44,845 bases of DNA from an uncultured Thermococci archaeon (GTDB taxonomy: Archaea > CAYQAE01 > CAYVLA01): contig CAZJVP010000003.1 of the NCBI GenBank assembly GCA_964549615.1, positions 1 through 44,845 on the forward strand, written 5' to 3'. The translations under genes were made by a program, and so were the position numbers. Below are positions 1 to 8,207 of this stretch, one piece after another (positions within the stretch are counted from its first letter, which is position 1; each line of letters begins with the position of its first letter). The notes beneath the pieces were generated by a model that was not told the DNA's origin, did no database searches, and worked only from the letters and a program-made list of their open reading frames with translations.

Positions 1-2
1 AG

Positions 3-338
3 GGCGAGCCTAAGATTCCCCGTGAAGAGCCCCCGTCCAAGCGCCTGGAGCAGGAGCTTGGGGCTCTCAGCCGGCTGATCGCGGACGAGAACGACGAGAA
101 GATCATACGCCTGATGCTGGAGAGGAAGCACGAGAGCACGCGGAAGCTCGTCACCGAGCTGGGGTATTCGCGGAGCGAGGGAGTGCGGGACAAGCTGAAC
201 TCGCTCAACAGGAGATGCCAAGAGGTGTTTGGGCAGCCGCTGTTCCGGTACTTCAGGAGCAAGGATGGCGTGGACTACTCTTGGTGGGTTATTGCGGACT
301 TGGATGAGCTCGAAGCCTCGGCAAAGGCTTCCGGCTAG
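3..338 (+). CDS. 5'-truncated hypothetical protein, possible C-terminal winged-HTH domain
   Basis: Frame is open from position 3 to TAG at 336-338. DENDEKIIRLML..STRKLVTELGYSRSEGVRDKLNSL resembles an HTH pattern. Confidence 0.6.
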   Translation, partial: GEPKIPREEPPSKRLEQELGALSRLIADENDEKIIRLMLERKHESTRKLVTELGYSRSEGVRDKLNSLNRRCQEVFGQPLFRYFRSKDGVDYSWWVIADLDELEASAKASG

Positions 339-366
339 GGTGCCGCGAGACGCGAAAAAAGCGATT

Positions 367-399
367 CTTGACTCAGATAGCTAGGCTATCTGATGCAAG
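367..399. repeat. Imperfect palindrome CTTGACTCAGATA-GCTAGGC-TATCTGATGCAAG
   Basis: 13-bp arms with 11/13 complementary positions. Perfect 9-bp core TCAGATAGC/GCTATCTGA. Confidence 0.8.
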
Positions 400-443
400 T
401 TTGGAAAAAAGCCCGGCCGGCTTGGGAGCCGAAACACATATTA

Positions 444-473
444 GGGTTCGCTAAGCTGCGACTTAGCGAACTT
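444..473. promoter_or_regulatory. dif-like Xer binding/recombination site candidate GGGTTCGCTAA-GCTGCGAC-TTAGCGAACTT
   Basis: Perfect 10-bp inverted repeat GTTCGCTAAG/CTTAGCGAAC (446-455, 462-471) around 6 bp. It has TAA...TTA inner motifs as in Xer sites and lies directly upstream of the xerA SD. Confidence 0.6.
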
Positions 474-488
474 CCTAGGAGGAAAAGC

Positions 489-1358
489 TTGGACTTCGCG
501 GAAGCGCTCGAGATCGCCCAGGCATCTTGGGAGCTGCTGGGCTACTCGCCAAGGACGCGCGCAAGGTACTCCGTGCAGATATCCGCGATGGCGCGCTTCC
601 TCCGGATTCCGCCTGCCAAGATAACGACCGCCGACCTCAAGCGCTATCTCGTGTCGATCAAGCGCCAAAAATCCCTGAGCAATGCTACGATCTACAGCCA
701 AGTCAATGCCATAAGGGCTTTCTTCAGAGCGCTCGTCGATAACGGAGCCCTGTCGACGAACCCCGCCGACCAGCTTCCTCTCCCCAGAAGGTCGAGAAAG
801 CTCCCCACGTACCTGACCCCAGACGAGCTCGTCGCACTCCTTCGGGCATCAGAATCTAACCCCCGCGACCACTGTCTTCTGGAGTTCCTCTACGCAACCG
901 GCGTGCGCGTCTCCGAGGCAGTCGCGATGAAGGTGGAGTCCGTCAACCTCAAGGAAAAGACCGCCATGGTGAAGTCCGGCAAGGGCGACAAAGACCGGCT
1001 CGTGATCATGTCGGAGCACGCTTGCCAGGAGCTTGACCACTACCTGAAGAAACGCAGGGTGCGCTCGGAGTACCTCTTTCCCAACCGGTCGGGCGGGAGG
1101 CTCTCCCCCAGATACATCGAGAAGATGATCCGAGCCTACGCCAAGAGGGCCCGCATAACCAAGCCAGTTACGCCCCATGTTCTACGGCATACCTTCGCCA
1201 CCCATATGCTCGACCGCAATGTGGATATCAGGGCCATCCAGGAGCTCCTCGGCCACTCCTCCCTTGCGACGACCCAGATATACACACACGTGACGACGGA
1301 GAGACTGCGCCGAATCATCACCGCCCACCCCAGGGAAGCTCTCCCGGATAAAGCGTGA
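489..1358 (+). CDS. xerA: XerA/XerC-D family tyrosine recombinase
   Basis: Catalytic motifs TGVRVSE, GKGDKDR, HVLRHTFATH, LLGH, TTQIY, plus an N-terminal core-binding domain. TTG start at 489 follows SD AGGAGG (477-482), giving 289 aa (ORF track starts at 393). Confidence 0.92.
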   Translation: MDFAEALEIAQASWELLGYSPRTRARYSVQISAMARFLRIPPAKITTADLKRYLVSIKRQKSLSNATIYSQVNAIRAFFRALVDNGALSTNPADQLPLPRRSRKLPTYLTPDELVALLRASESNPRDHCLLEFLYATGVRVSEAVAMKVESVNLKEKTAMVKSGKGDKDRLVIMSEHACQELDHYLKKRRVRSEYLFPNRSGGRLSPRYIEKMIRAYAKRARITKPVTPHVLRHTFATHMLDRNVDIRAIQELLGHSSLATTQIYTHVTTERLRRIITAHPREALPDKA

Positions 1359-1455
1359 CAGTCCGATAGAGCCATACTCAGAGATCCGCCCCGGAGAGAG
1401 GTGATTGCCATATCTGGTATGACTCAGATCCGTGTATCACCATGGTATGATACAG

Positions 1456-3210
1456 TCATACTCGGTCATAGTCGCGCAGCTTCGCTGCCTTGCAGATCAG
1501 ATCAACTGCCTCGCGGCTGGGCGCGTCAGGACCCAAGGCCCTTTCAACGTCCTGGCGAGACCGGATTGGGCGGCAAAGCGCGATCCTAGCAGCCCTCTTT
1601 GCGCCGACCTCCGGGAGCGAGGCCAGGATCCGTGGGTGACACGCGTTTATGTCAACCGGGAATCTGAGCGCGGTCAGAGATCGGCTTCCGTGTCCGACGA
1701 CGATCGCGTCGAGGACCTCTCTGGGTTCGGGGCGGTCCTCCACCCCGACCACGATCGGGTAGCTCCCGGGGAACCTGCAGAACGCAGTCCGGCCCTTCTG
1801 AACTTCCGCGACAAGCCCTTTCAAAACGGTGCCCCGGGGGTATACCTTTTCCAGCATGGGCCGATCGATCTCCGAGCGAACTCTATCGACGAATCCCTTG
1901 GCTTTCCTGCGCATCGCCGTCTGGCGCCATTTGGCTCCCCAGAGTGGGGTCCCGGGAACCGGGATGACTTTCCTTATGTTGACCCTGCGAAGCAGCAGGC
2001 CGCGTTCCTTTATCGTTCTGAGAAAGGCGAGGTTCATCGCATAGGTTTCCTCCGTCTCCCCAGGAAGTCCGAGCACGAAGTTGATTCCCGGAAGAAACAG
2101 GGGTTGACCGTTCCAACCTATCTCGGCACCGCGTCTACATATCAGCTCAACTGCCAGAAGGCAATCCTCGGGCAAGGCCTTCAAATTGTTCCTTTTAACA
2201 ACCTCTGGATCGGCGGTCTCCATCCCCAGAGCGGCGACGTTTCCAGGGGTGCAGTGCCTGGCAATGCTCCTGGCGATGCGTTCCGACTCGGTCGGATGCT
2301 TGGCAAGTACCCCCGGGTTGACGTTGTCGATGTGAAGCGAATTCAGCCCAAGCTTGGAGCAGGCCGAGAGCAACGCTTCGATTGCAGCTGGGTTCGGCAC
2401 GGGAACCTCTAAATCCCCGATGCCGGCCGCCTGGTATGAAAAGAAGCAGGACTGTCTTCCGAGCCGAACATTTCGTACGCCAAACGACCTCAGCCTTCTG
2501 ATCTCGGACACGATGCCGCTTGCTTCCCTGAACTGGGGAAGGCCGAAGCGCGAGCATTCCGAGCAAAATGAACATCCCCCCACGACGGCCCTGGCGCATC
2601 CCCTTGACGTCTCGACCTCGCACACCAGGTCCGGTCGAGCCCCAATCTGCGAGAGCAGCGCGGCTCCGGCAGACGCGAAACGGTCCAATTCCTCATAGCA
2701 TCTGTACCTTGCCGCACCTGGCTCAGCTCTCCCCGAGAGAAGGTCGTAGATGAACGCCTCGGGGTCGCCCTCGATGACTCCGGTCGGATCTCCGAGCGAC
2801 TCACGATCCGACCTCAACGATCTCCCTCCGCCCATCGTCCCCTCGGCGACGGGGCCGCCGACGTAGACGGGAGCCCTGGAGTGTTGAACGATTCGCCTCA
2901 TCTCCTTCGGCACACCCGGGTTCGCCCTGAGGTACTTCCCCGGAGTGTGCACCCCGCCCAGCACAACGACGAGATCCGCCCTCTCAAAGACCCTGCCCGT
3001 TTCCTGAGGGTTCCTTGTAAGGTTGATGGCATCATAGCACTCATGCCAGAATGCCCTCATGTCATCGATGTTGACGTAATAAGGCTCGGACCCGGCGAGA
3101 AGGGCGGCACCGAAGACGTACCTCGGAGTCGTGCCCAAGTAGGGGGGAACCCCCAACCCGGCAGGCTCGTCGCTGTAGCAGTCGACGATGCACACTTTCA
3201 CGAAAACCAC
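1456..3210 (-). CDS. Archaeal radical SAM protein with C-terminal helix-hairpin-helix (COG1031-like)
   Basis: N-terminal DCYSDEPAGLGVPPY, ETSRGC-x7-CSFC cluster motif, TRAM-like segment, C-terminal DINAC..LASLPEVGAKRA HhH. Confidence 0.85.
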   Translation of the reverse strand: MVFVKVCIVDCYSDEPAGLGVPPYLGTTPRYVFGAALLAGSEPYYVNIDDMRAFWHECYDAINLTRNPQETGRVFERADLVVVLGGVHTPGKYLRANPGVPKEMRRIVQHSRAPVYVGGPVAEGTMGGGRSLRSDRESLGDPTGVIEGDPEAFIYDLLSGRAEPGAARYRCYEELDRFASAGAALLSQIGARPDLVCEVETSRGCARAVVGGCSFCSECSRFGLPQFREASGIVSEIRRLRSFGVRNVRLGRQSCFFSYQAAGIGDLEVPVPNPAAIEALLSACSKLGLNSLHIDNVNPGVLAKHPTESERIARSIARHCTPGNVAALGMETADPEVVKRNNLKALPEDCLLAVELICRRGAEIGWNGQPLFLPGINFVLGLPGETEETYAMNLAFLRTIKERGLLLRRVNIRKVIPVPGTPLWGAKWRQTAMRRKAKGFVDRVRSEIDRPMLEKVYPRGTVLKGLVAEVQKGRTAFCRFPGSYPIVVGVEDRPEPREVLDAIVVGHGSRSLTALRFPVDINACHPRILASLPEVGAKRAARIALCRPIRSRQDVERALGPDAPSREAVDLICKAAKLRDYDRV

Positions 3211-3335
3211 CCAGGTGCTCCCTTTCTATTAAATGACGGCAGTCCTCGGGGGAGCGCGCAAGTGCCGAGCGCGGTACCCTCAGGCAAGGACAAAGTTAAG
3301 AAACGCGCGCCCCACCGAGGATCGGAGGGCCCATC

Positions 3336-3515
3336 ATAGCAAGAAGGGCGTGCTTGATCTGCGGCGGGAAGCTGGACAAGCTGGAGATGAAGGACCGTAG
3401 ATGGAGCTACCTCGAGAAGGCGGACTACTACGTGTGCCAGGCATGCCGCCGGCGATGGCTTTACAGCGCGGACCTGACCTGCCCGGTGCTCTTGGCCGAT
3501 CAGGAAAGCAGGTAG
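3336..3515 (+). CDS. Small zinc-ribbon protein (59 aa), apparent non-canonical ATA start; absent from ORF track
   Basis: IARRACLICGGKLDKLEMKDRRWSYLEKADYYVCQACRRRWLY has two CxxC pairs. SD-like GGAGGG at 3324-3329 and TATA-like AAAGTTAAG at 3292-3300. It fills the gap between two genes. Confidence 0.65.
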   Translation: MARRACLICGGKLDKLEMKDRRWSYLEKADYYVCQACRRRWLYSADLTCPVLLADQESR

Positions 3516-3547
3516 CCTCGTCGATGAAGCGAGACGGCGCCGCTGGC

Positions 3548-4714
3548 CTACCTCTTCCAGTCAAAGGCGGAGACGGAGCTCAGCAGTCCCTTTGCACCGG
3601 CCGCGCGCGAGGCGGCAATCTCTTCGGCATGGGCTGCCATCGTCGTCCTGAGGAACTTGTCCGAAAGCCGAAGGCCAGAGATGACGATTAGCACCCTGAT
3701 GGTGTCCTTCATCTCCTCATCGATCTGGGCTCCCCAGATTATCTCTGCTTCTGGGCTCAGCTTGCTTGCGACCATTTTCACGATCTGTTCGACGTCGAGC
3801 AAGGTCACGTCCATGCTGGACACGACGTTGATTATAGCCCCCCTGCCGTTAGTTATGTCGACATCCAGGAGGGGGCTGTTCAGGACGTCCAGCGCTGCCT
3901 TCACGGCCTTGTCCTTTCCGCTTGCCTCGCCCAACCCAATCAGGGCAGCCCCGCTGTTCTTGAGTATCTTCCTAAGGTCGGCAAGGTCCAGGTTCACCAG
4001 CCCGGGCTTGACTATGAGCTCCGACATTCCGACGATGATCTTGAGGAGAACCTCGTCCGATATCTTGAAGGCCGTATTTATCGGCACTCCAGGCGCGAGC
4101 TCTAGGAGCTTGTCGTTGGGCACGACTATGACGCTGTCGCATGCCTCCATCAGTTTTGCTATCCCGATCTTAGAGTTCTCGGCTCTCAACCTTCCCTCCA
4201 TCTTGAAGGGAAAAGTCACGACGCCGATTGTGAGCGCGCCTGCATCGTGAGCCTCCTTGGCGACGATAGGAATCGCTCCCGTCCCGGTTCCTCCCCCCAT
4301 CCCCGCAGTCACGAAGACCAGGTCCTTTCCCCTAACCAGCTCCCTTATCTGGGGTATGCTCTCGATTGCAGATTTTTCGCCGATCTCGGGGATGTTTCCA
4401 GCACCCATTCCCCCTGTGGTGTTCTTCCCGAGCAGCATCTTCCTGCCGGCGTCCGCGTACACCAAGGCTTGGGCATCCGTGTTCATCGCAACGGACTCGA
4501 CGCCCTCGAGGCCGATGTCGAGCAGCCTGGTGACGGTGTTGCCCCCGGCCCCGCCCACCCCGATTACCAGAATCTCGGCTGTCGTCTGGCGGAGAACCTC
4601 CTCCAGTTCCTCATCCACGCCCTCGGAGGGGCCCAGGCCCTCCCTGGTTTCGGGTTCCCTGGCTTCCCCTTCCTTCCTCAGCCTCTCAAGTATCTGGTCA
4701 ATGCCCTCGCTCAT
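3548..4714 (-). CDS. ftsZ: Cell division protein FtsZ
   Basis: [15 protein letters not shown], tubulin signature [10 protein letters not shown]7 loop NLDLAD, IIWGA. Start taken at MSEGID (4714). Confidence 0.95.
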   Translation of the reverse strand: MSEGIDQILERLRKEGEAREPETREGLGPSEGVDEELEEVLRQTTAEILVIGVGGAGGNTVTRLLDIGLEGVESVAMNTDAQALVYADAGRKMLLGKNTTGGMGAGNIPEIGEKSAIESIPQIRELVRGKDLVFVTAGMGGGTGTGAIPIVAKEAHDAGALTIGVVTFPFKMEGRLRAENSKIGIAKLMEACDSVIVVPNDKLLELAPGVPINTAFKISDEVLLKIIVGMSELIVKPGLVNLDLADLRKILKNSGAALIGLGEASGKDKAVKAALDVLNSPLLDVDITNGRGAIINVVSSMDVTLLDVEQIVKMVASKLSPEAEIIWGAQIDEEMKDTIRVLIVISGLRLSDKFLRTTMAAHAEEIAASRAAGAKGLLSSVSAFDWKR

Positions 4715-4898
4715 CGTATCCCTGCCGCGTGTCAGTAGAAGAACTCGCACCCTTTCTAGGTCGCGATCGGCTGTGCGAGCATGCATGGTGCCATATATAT
4801 CTGTTATCGTGGAACGCACGGGGCAATCCGCATTCCCCGAATCTGCGTCGACTCGCCGCGAGGTTCTGTTTCTCCTAGTGATCGGATGCCAGCGATGC

Positions 4899-5753
4899 CT
4901 ACCGCAGCGGACTGGGCTGGCTCTCGGCCAGAACCGGAATGGAACCGGTGCCAACAACGATGGGCTTCCGGAAATCCCGCAGCCTGGCTAGGGCAAGCTC
5001 CTTGCCCAACGGCGTTAGCACGAAGACGGGTATGCGCAATCCGAGCTGCATGACCGCCCTCCTCGCGACCACGTCCCTTGCCCATCTTGACGCACATGAC
5101 GTCACCAGATCGCAGGTTGAAGCAAGTTTTTGGGCAGCTTCCCGCGTGATGCCAGTGTTGTGCACGCTGGCTATCGCGCATTCCAAGTGGTCGAACTTCC
5201 TGCGTATCCTCGAGGCGTCAGAGGGCCTGCGCCCCGTCACCGTGACGCCGATCCTCTGGTGGCCCATCTCTGCGGCCTTGGCCACACCGGCAGTCTGGTC
5301 CATCTTGGCATCGCAAGGCGACAGAACCGTCACGCCAACTTTGGCTAGCCTTTCGATGATTGCCGGCTCAGGGCTGGTCCTGATCAGACCGGTCATGTGG
5401 GCACCTATGCCTTGGACGACATCCGGCCGGCTCGAAATGACGGTGCCTGCTCCTTCACACACCAAGACCACCGCGTCAAGGATGCCGTGCCTTAGCCCGG
5501 AAGCAAGGATCTCCGAAGTGCCGAAGCTAACCGGGTAGCTGTTCGTCCTGACGATCCGCCGGCCGGTAAACATCCCCCAGTTTCCGATGTAGGACTCAAC
5601 GGTCCTGCGCACGGATTCGACGGTCTCCTCGCCAACCCCATAGAGGCTTGACCGCAAGGGGCAGTAAGACGTTCGAGGCTTCCCGATGCTCACGATCTTG
5701 CCGTCCTCGATGACGACTCGGGAGCCCGCGACCTCTAGAACGTGCCTACCCAT
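4899..5753 (-). CDS. DUF2099 / methanogenesis marker 8 family protein
   Basis: [54 protein letters not shown] match the family pattern as I recall it. Confidence 0.8.
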   Translation of the reverse strand: MGRHVLEVAGSRVVIEDGKIVSIGKPRTSYCPLRSSLYGVGEETVESVRRTVESYIGNWGMFTGRRIVRTNSYPVSFGTSEILASGLRHGILDAVVLVCEGAGTVISSRPDVVQGIGAHMTGLIRTSPEPAIIERLAKVGVTVLSPCDAKMDQTAGVAKAAEMGHQRIGVTVTGRRPSDASRIRRKFDHLECAIASVHNTGITREAAQKLASTCDLVTSCASRWARDVVARRAVMQLGLRIPVFVLTPLGKELALARLRDFRKPIVVGTGSIPVLAESQPSPLR

Positions 5754-5780
5754 CCGACAGCCCCGCCTGGCCGAGTAATG

Positions 5781-5790
5781 ATATATATTT
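5781..5790. promoter_or_regulatory. Bidirectional TATA-like box ATATATATTT
   Basis: AT-rich island between the divergent DUF2099 (5753) and lysA (5833) starts. Confidence 0.6.
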
Positions 5791-5832
5791 CCGCGGATGC
5801 TGCGTCGCGACAGGACTCGAGGAGGGTTCCAA

Positions 5833-7128
5833 ATGGAATGGCAGAAGACGGGCCTTGCCCAGAGGGGAAGCAAGCTACTTGTGGGCAAGATAACCTGTGA
5901 GTCGTTGGCCCACGATCATGGCACGCCGCTTTACGTCATCAATGAATCCAGGATTCGTGAAAACATACGCAGACTGTGGGCTGAGTTCTCAAGACGCTAC
6001 GACAAGATCAGGCTCCACTACGCATGCAAGGCGAACTCCAACCTCGCAGTGATGGCGATCGCCAGGCAGGAGGGCTGCTTCATCGACGCGGTTTCTCCAG
6101 GTGAGATCTACCTTGCCCTCAAGGCCGGATTCCGACCCGACCAGATCCTCTACACCGGCAACAACGTGACGAACGAGGAACTGTCATTTGCGCTGAAGAC
6201 CCGCGTGAGGATCACGATCGATTCCATCTCCCAGCTCACCAGGTTGGCCAAGATCGCGGCAGGCAAACGTCCCGAGGTGGCGATAAGGGTGAACCCGGAT
6301 GTTGGCGCCGGACACCACGACCACTGCATTACGGGCGGCAGGAATGCAAAGTTCGGCATCTGGGAGGATCAGGTCGGCGAGGCGGCTGATATGGCCAGGA
6401 AGGCCGGGATGAAGGTGGTCGGGGTCCACATGCACATCGGGTCTGGCATACTCCAGGTGGACCCATATTTGCCTGCGATCAGAAAGCTCGTCGAGTCTGC
6501 GGCAACTGTTCAGGCCAAGTCGGGCGAGCCGTTGGAGTTCATAGACGTGGGCGGCGGCCTTGGAGTTCCCTATAAGCCCGAGGAACGCGAACTCGACCTC
6601 GCAGGATTTGCATCCGAGGTTGTGAGGACCTTCCTCGAGAGCGTCAAGGCCCAGGGGATAGCGGGATCCCCTTTCCTCGCACTGGAGCCAGGGAGGTACG
6701 TAGTCGCGGACGCCGTCATCCTCCTGACCACCGTCAACACGATAAAGAGGACTCCGTACAGGCTCTTCGTGGGGGTGGATGCCGGTTTCAATGACCTCAT
6801 CAGGCCGGCCATGTACGGTTCATACCATCATATCCTGAACGCGTCGAACATGATGGGAGTCCCCACCAGAGTTGACGTGGCCGGGCCCCTTTGCGAGTCC
6901 GGGGACATCTTCGCCAGAGACCGGGAGGTCGCAGAACCCAGGGAGGGAGATGTCTTGGCCATACTGAACGCGGGCGCGTACGGCTTCTCGATGTCATCTC
7001 AGTACAACTCAAGGCCAAGGCCAGCGGAGGTCTTGGTCACCGATGGCGATGTGACCGTCGTAAGGGAAAGGGAGACCATCCAGAGCCTCGCCGCCCGCCA
7101 ACACGTACCGGAGAGGCTGGCTCGATAG
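5833..7128 (+). CDS. lysA: Diaminopimelate decarboxylase
   Basis: YACKAN (PLP Lys), HMHIGS, DVGGG, EPGRY, GPLCESGD, GAYG..SSQYNSRPRP. SD GGAGG at 5821. Confidence 0.93.
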   Translation: MEWQKTGLAQRGSKLLVGKITCESLAHDHGTPLYVINESRIRENIRRLWAEFSRRYDKIRLHYACKANSNLAVMAIARQEGCFIDAVSPGEIYLALKAGFRPDQILYTGNNVTNEELSFALKTRVRITIDSISQLTRLAKIAAGKRPEVAIRVNPDVGAGHHDHCITGGRNAKFGIWEDQVGEAADMARKAGMKVVGVHMHIGSGILQVDPYLPAIRKLVESAATVQAKSGEPLEFIDVGGGLGVPYKPEERELDLAGFASEVVRTFLESVKAQGIAGSPFLALEPGRYVVADAVILLTTVNTIKRTPYRLFVGVDAGFNDLIRPAMYGSYHHILNASNMMGVPTRVDVAGPLCESGDIFARDREVAEPREGDVLAILNAGAYGFSMSSQYNSRPRPAEVLVTDGDVTVVRERETIQSLAARQHVPERLAR

Positions 7129-7136
7129 TCTTGCCG

Positions 7137-8126
7137 TCAGTCCCAGCCCTCGAGGAACGCGCTCACACACCTTCCGATGAGTGGGAGATGGTATCCTCCC
7201 TCCTGAACGATCAGCGCCGGCAGGCCGACATCGGCTATCATCTCTCCTGCCTTCGCGAAGTCCGCAAGTTCTAGCTTGAAGGCTCCGCCGTCATCTTCCT
7301 TCAGGCCGTCTACGCCGAGGGAAACGATCAGGTAAGCCGGATCGAAGCTTCTTATCCTCGCGATGAGCTCCTCCAGGCAGGCGAGCCACTCTCTTCCTCC
7401 GCACGACTGCGGCAAGGGCACATTGACGTTCAGGCCCTTTCCTGCTCCTTCGCCCTCCTCGTCGGAGAAACCCCAGGCGTATGGGTAGCTGGTTTTCGGA
7501 TCTCCGTGTATCGAGAGGGTCAGGACCCTGCCGTCGGAGTAGAAGATCTCCTGGGTTCCGTTCCCGTGGTGAGCGTCTATGTCCAGCACCGCGACCTTCT
7601 CCGGAGCCAGCTCCGCCGCGGCAATGGCGGCGTTGTTGAAGTAGCAGTAGCCCCCCATCGCCGAAATTCCAGCATGGTGGCCCGGGGGTCGCACGAGACA
7701 GTAGGCGGAATCGCCGTGATCCTTAATCCTTTGCGCCCCTGCACGCGCGCAAGAGGCTGCGGCTAGGCCCGCGGGGTATGTCCCTTGCGACAGCGGCGTC
7801 AGCGTATCGAAGGCGTAGACCCCCCTTTGCGCCACGCGGTTCGGGGGGACGCGGCATGACTTGGGAAATACGAAGGGGAAAACCTCGCGCCCCTCGGGGA
7901 GCGCGCGACAGGTCCTATCCACATACGACACATATGCCCGGGAGTGCACCTTGCATAGGACTTGCATAGTCGCCGGCGAAGGGCAAACGACCCGATACGA
8001 CTCCTCCAGCGCGCTGAGTATCGCCGTTGCCCTTGCAGGGACCTCGGGGTGAGGCCTGGCCCGGCCTCCCCAGAGCTGTTTCCTTGGCGCATGGTGCAAA
8101 TGCTGGGGCGAGTAGAAGACGATCAA
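7137..8126 (-). CDS. Histone deacetylase family / acetylpolyamine amidohydrolase-like protein
   Basis: HPE, RPPGHHA, GGYCYFNN, DIDAHHGNGTQ, SLGVD, QEGGY. TTG start at 8126 inferred. Confidence 0.9.
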   Translation of the reverse strand: MIVFYSPQHLHHAPRKQLWGGRARPHPEVPARATAILSALEESYRVVCPSPATMQVLCKVHSRAYVSYVDRTCRALPEGREVFPFVFPKSCRVPPNRVAQRGVYAFDTLTPLSQGTYPAGLAAASCARAGAQRIKDHGDSAYCLVRPPGHHAGISAMGGYCYFNNAAIAAAELAPEKVAVLDIDAHHGNGTQEIFYSDGRVLTLSIHGDPKTSYPYAWGFSDEEGEGAGKGLNVNVPLPQSCGGREWLACLEELIARIRSFDPAYLIVSLGVDGLKEDDGGAFKLELADFAKAGEMIADVGLPALIVQEGGYHLPLIGRCVSAFLEGWD

Positions 8127-8160
8127 ACGCAGACCTGACGCCGCCGGAACCCGGAGGCAA

Positions 8161-8169
8161 TATTTAAAT
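8161..8169. promoter_or_regulatory. Bidirectional TATA-like box TATTTAAAT
   Basis: Sits between divergent starts at 8126 and 8208. Confidence 0.6.
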
Positions 8170-8207
8170 CGATCTTGGGACTCCGAAGGGGAAACTGGGG
8201 TACAGCC

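Noticed and set aside
393-488. 5' extension of xerA from ATG 393
   Set aside because: It runs through both palindromes. A strong SD precedes TTG 489, which gives a typical XerA length.
489-1461. Integron integrase with attC array
   Set aside because: No IntI-specific insertion is evident in the catalytic domain, and there are no repeated attC-like sites or cassette array.
1401-2412. Plus-strand ORFs 1401-1589 and 1432-2412
   Set aside because: These are antisense shadows of the radical SAM gene with no motifs, despite an SD-like GAGGTGA at 1398-1404.
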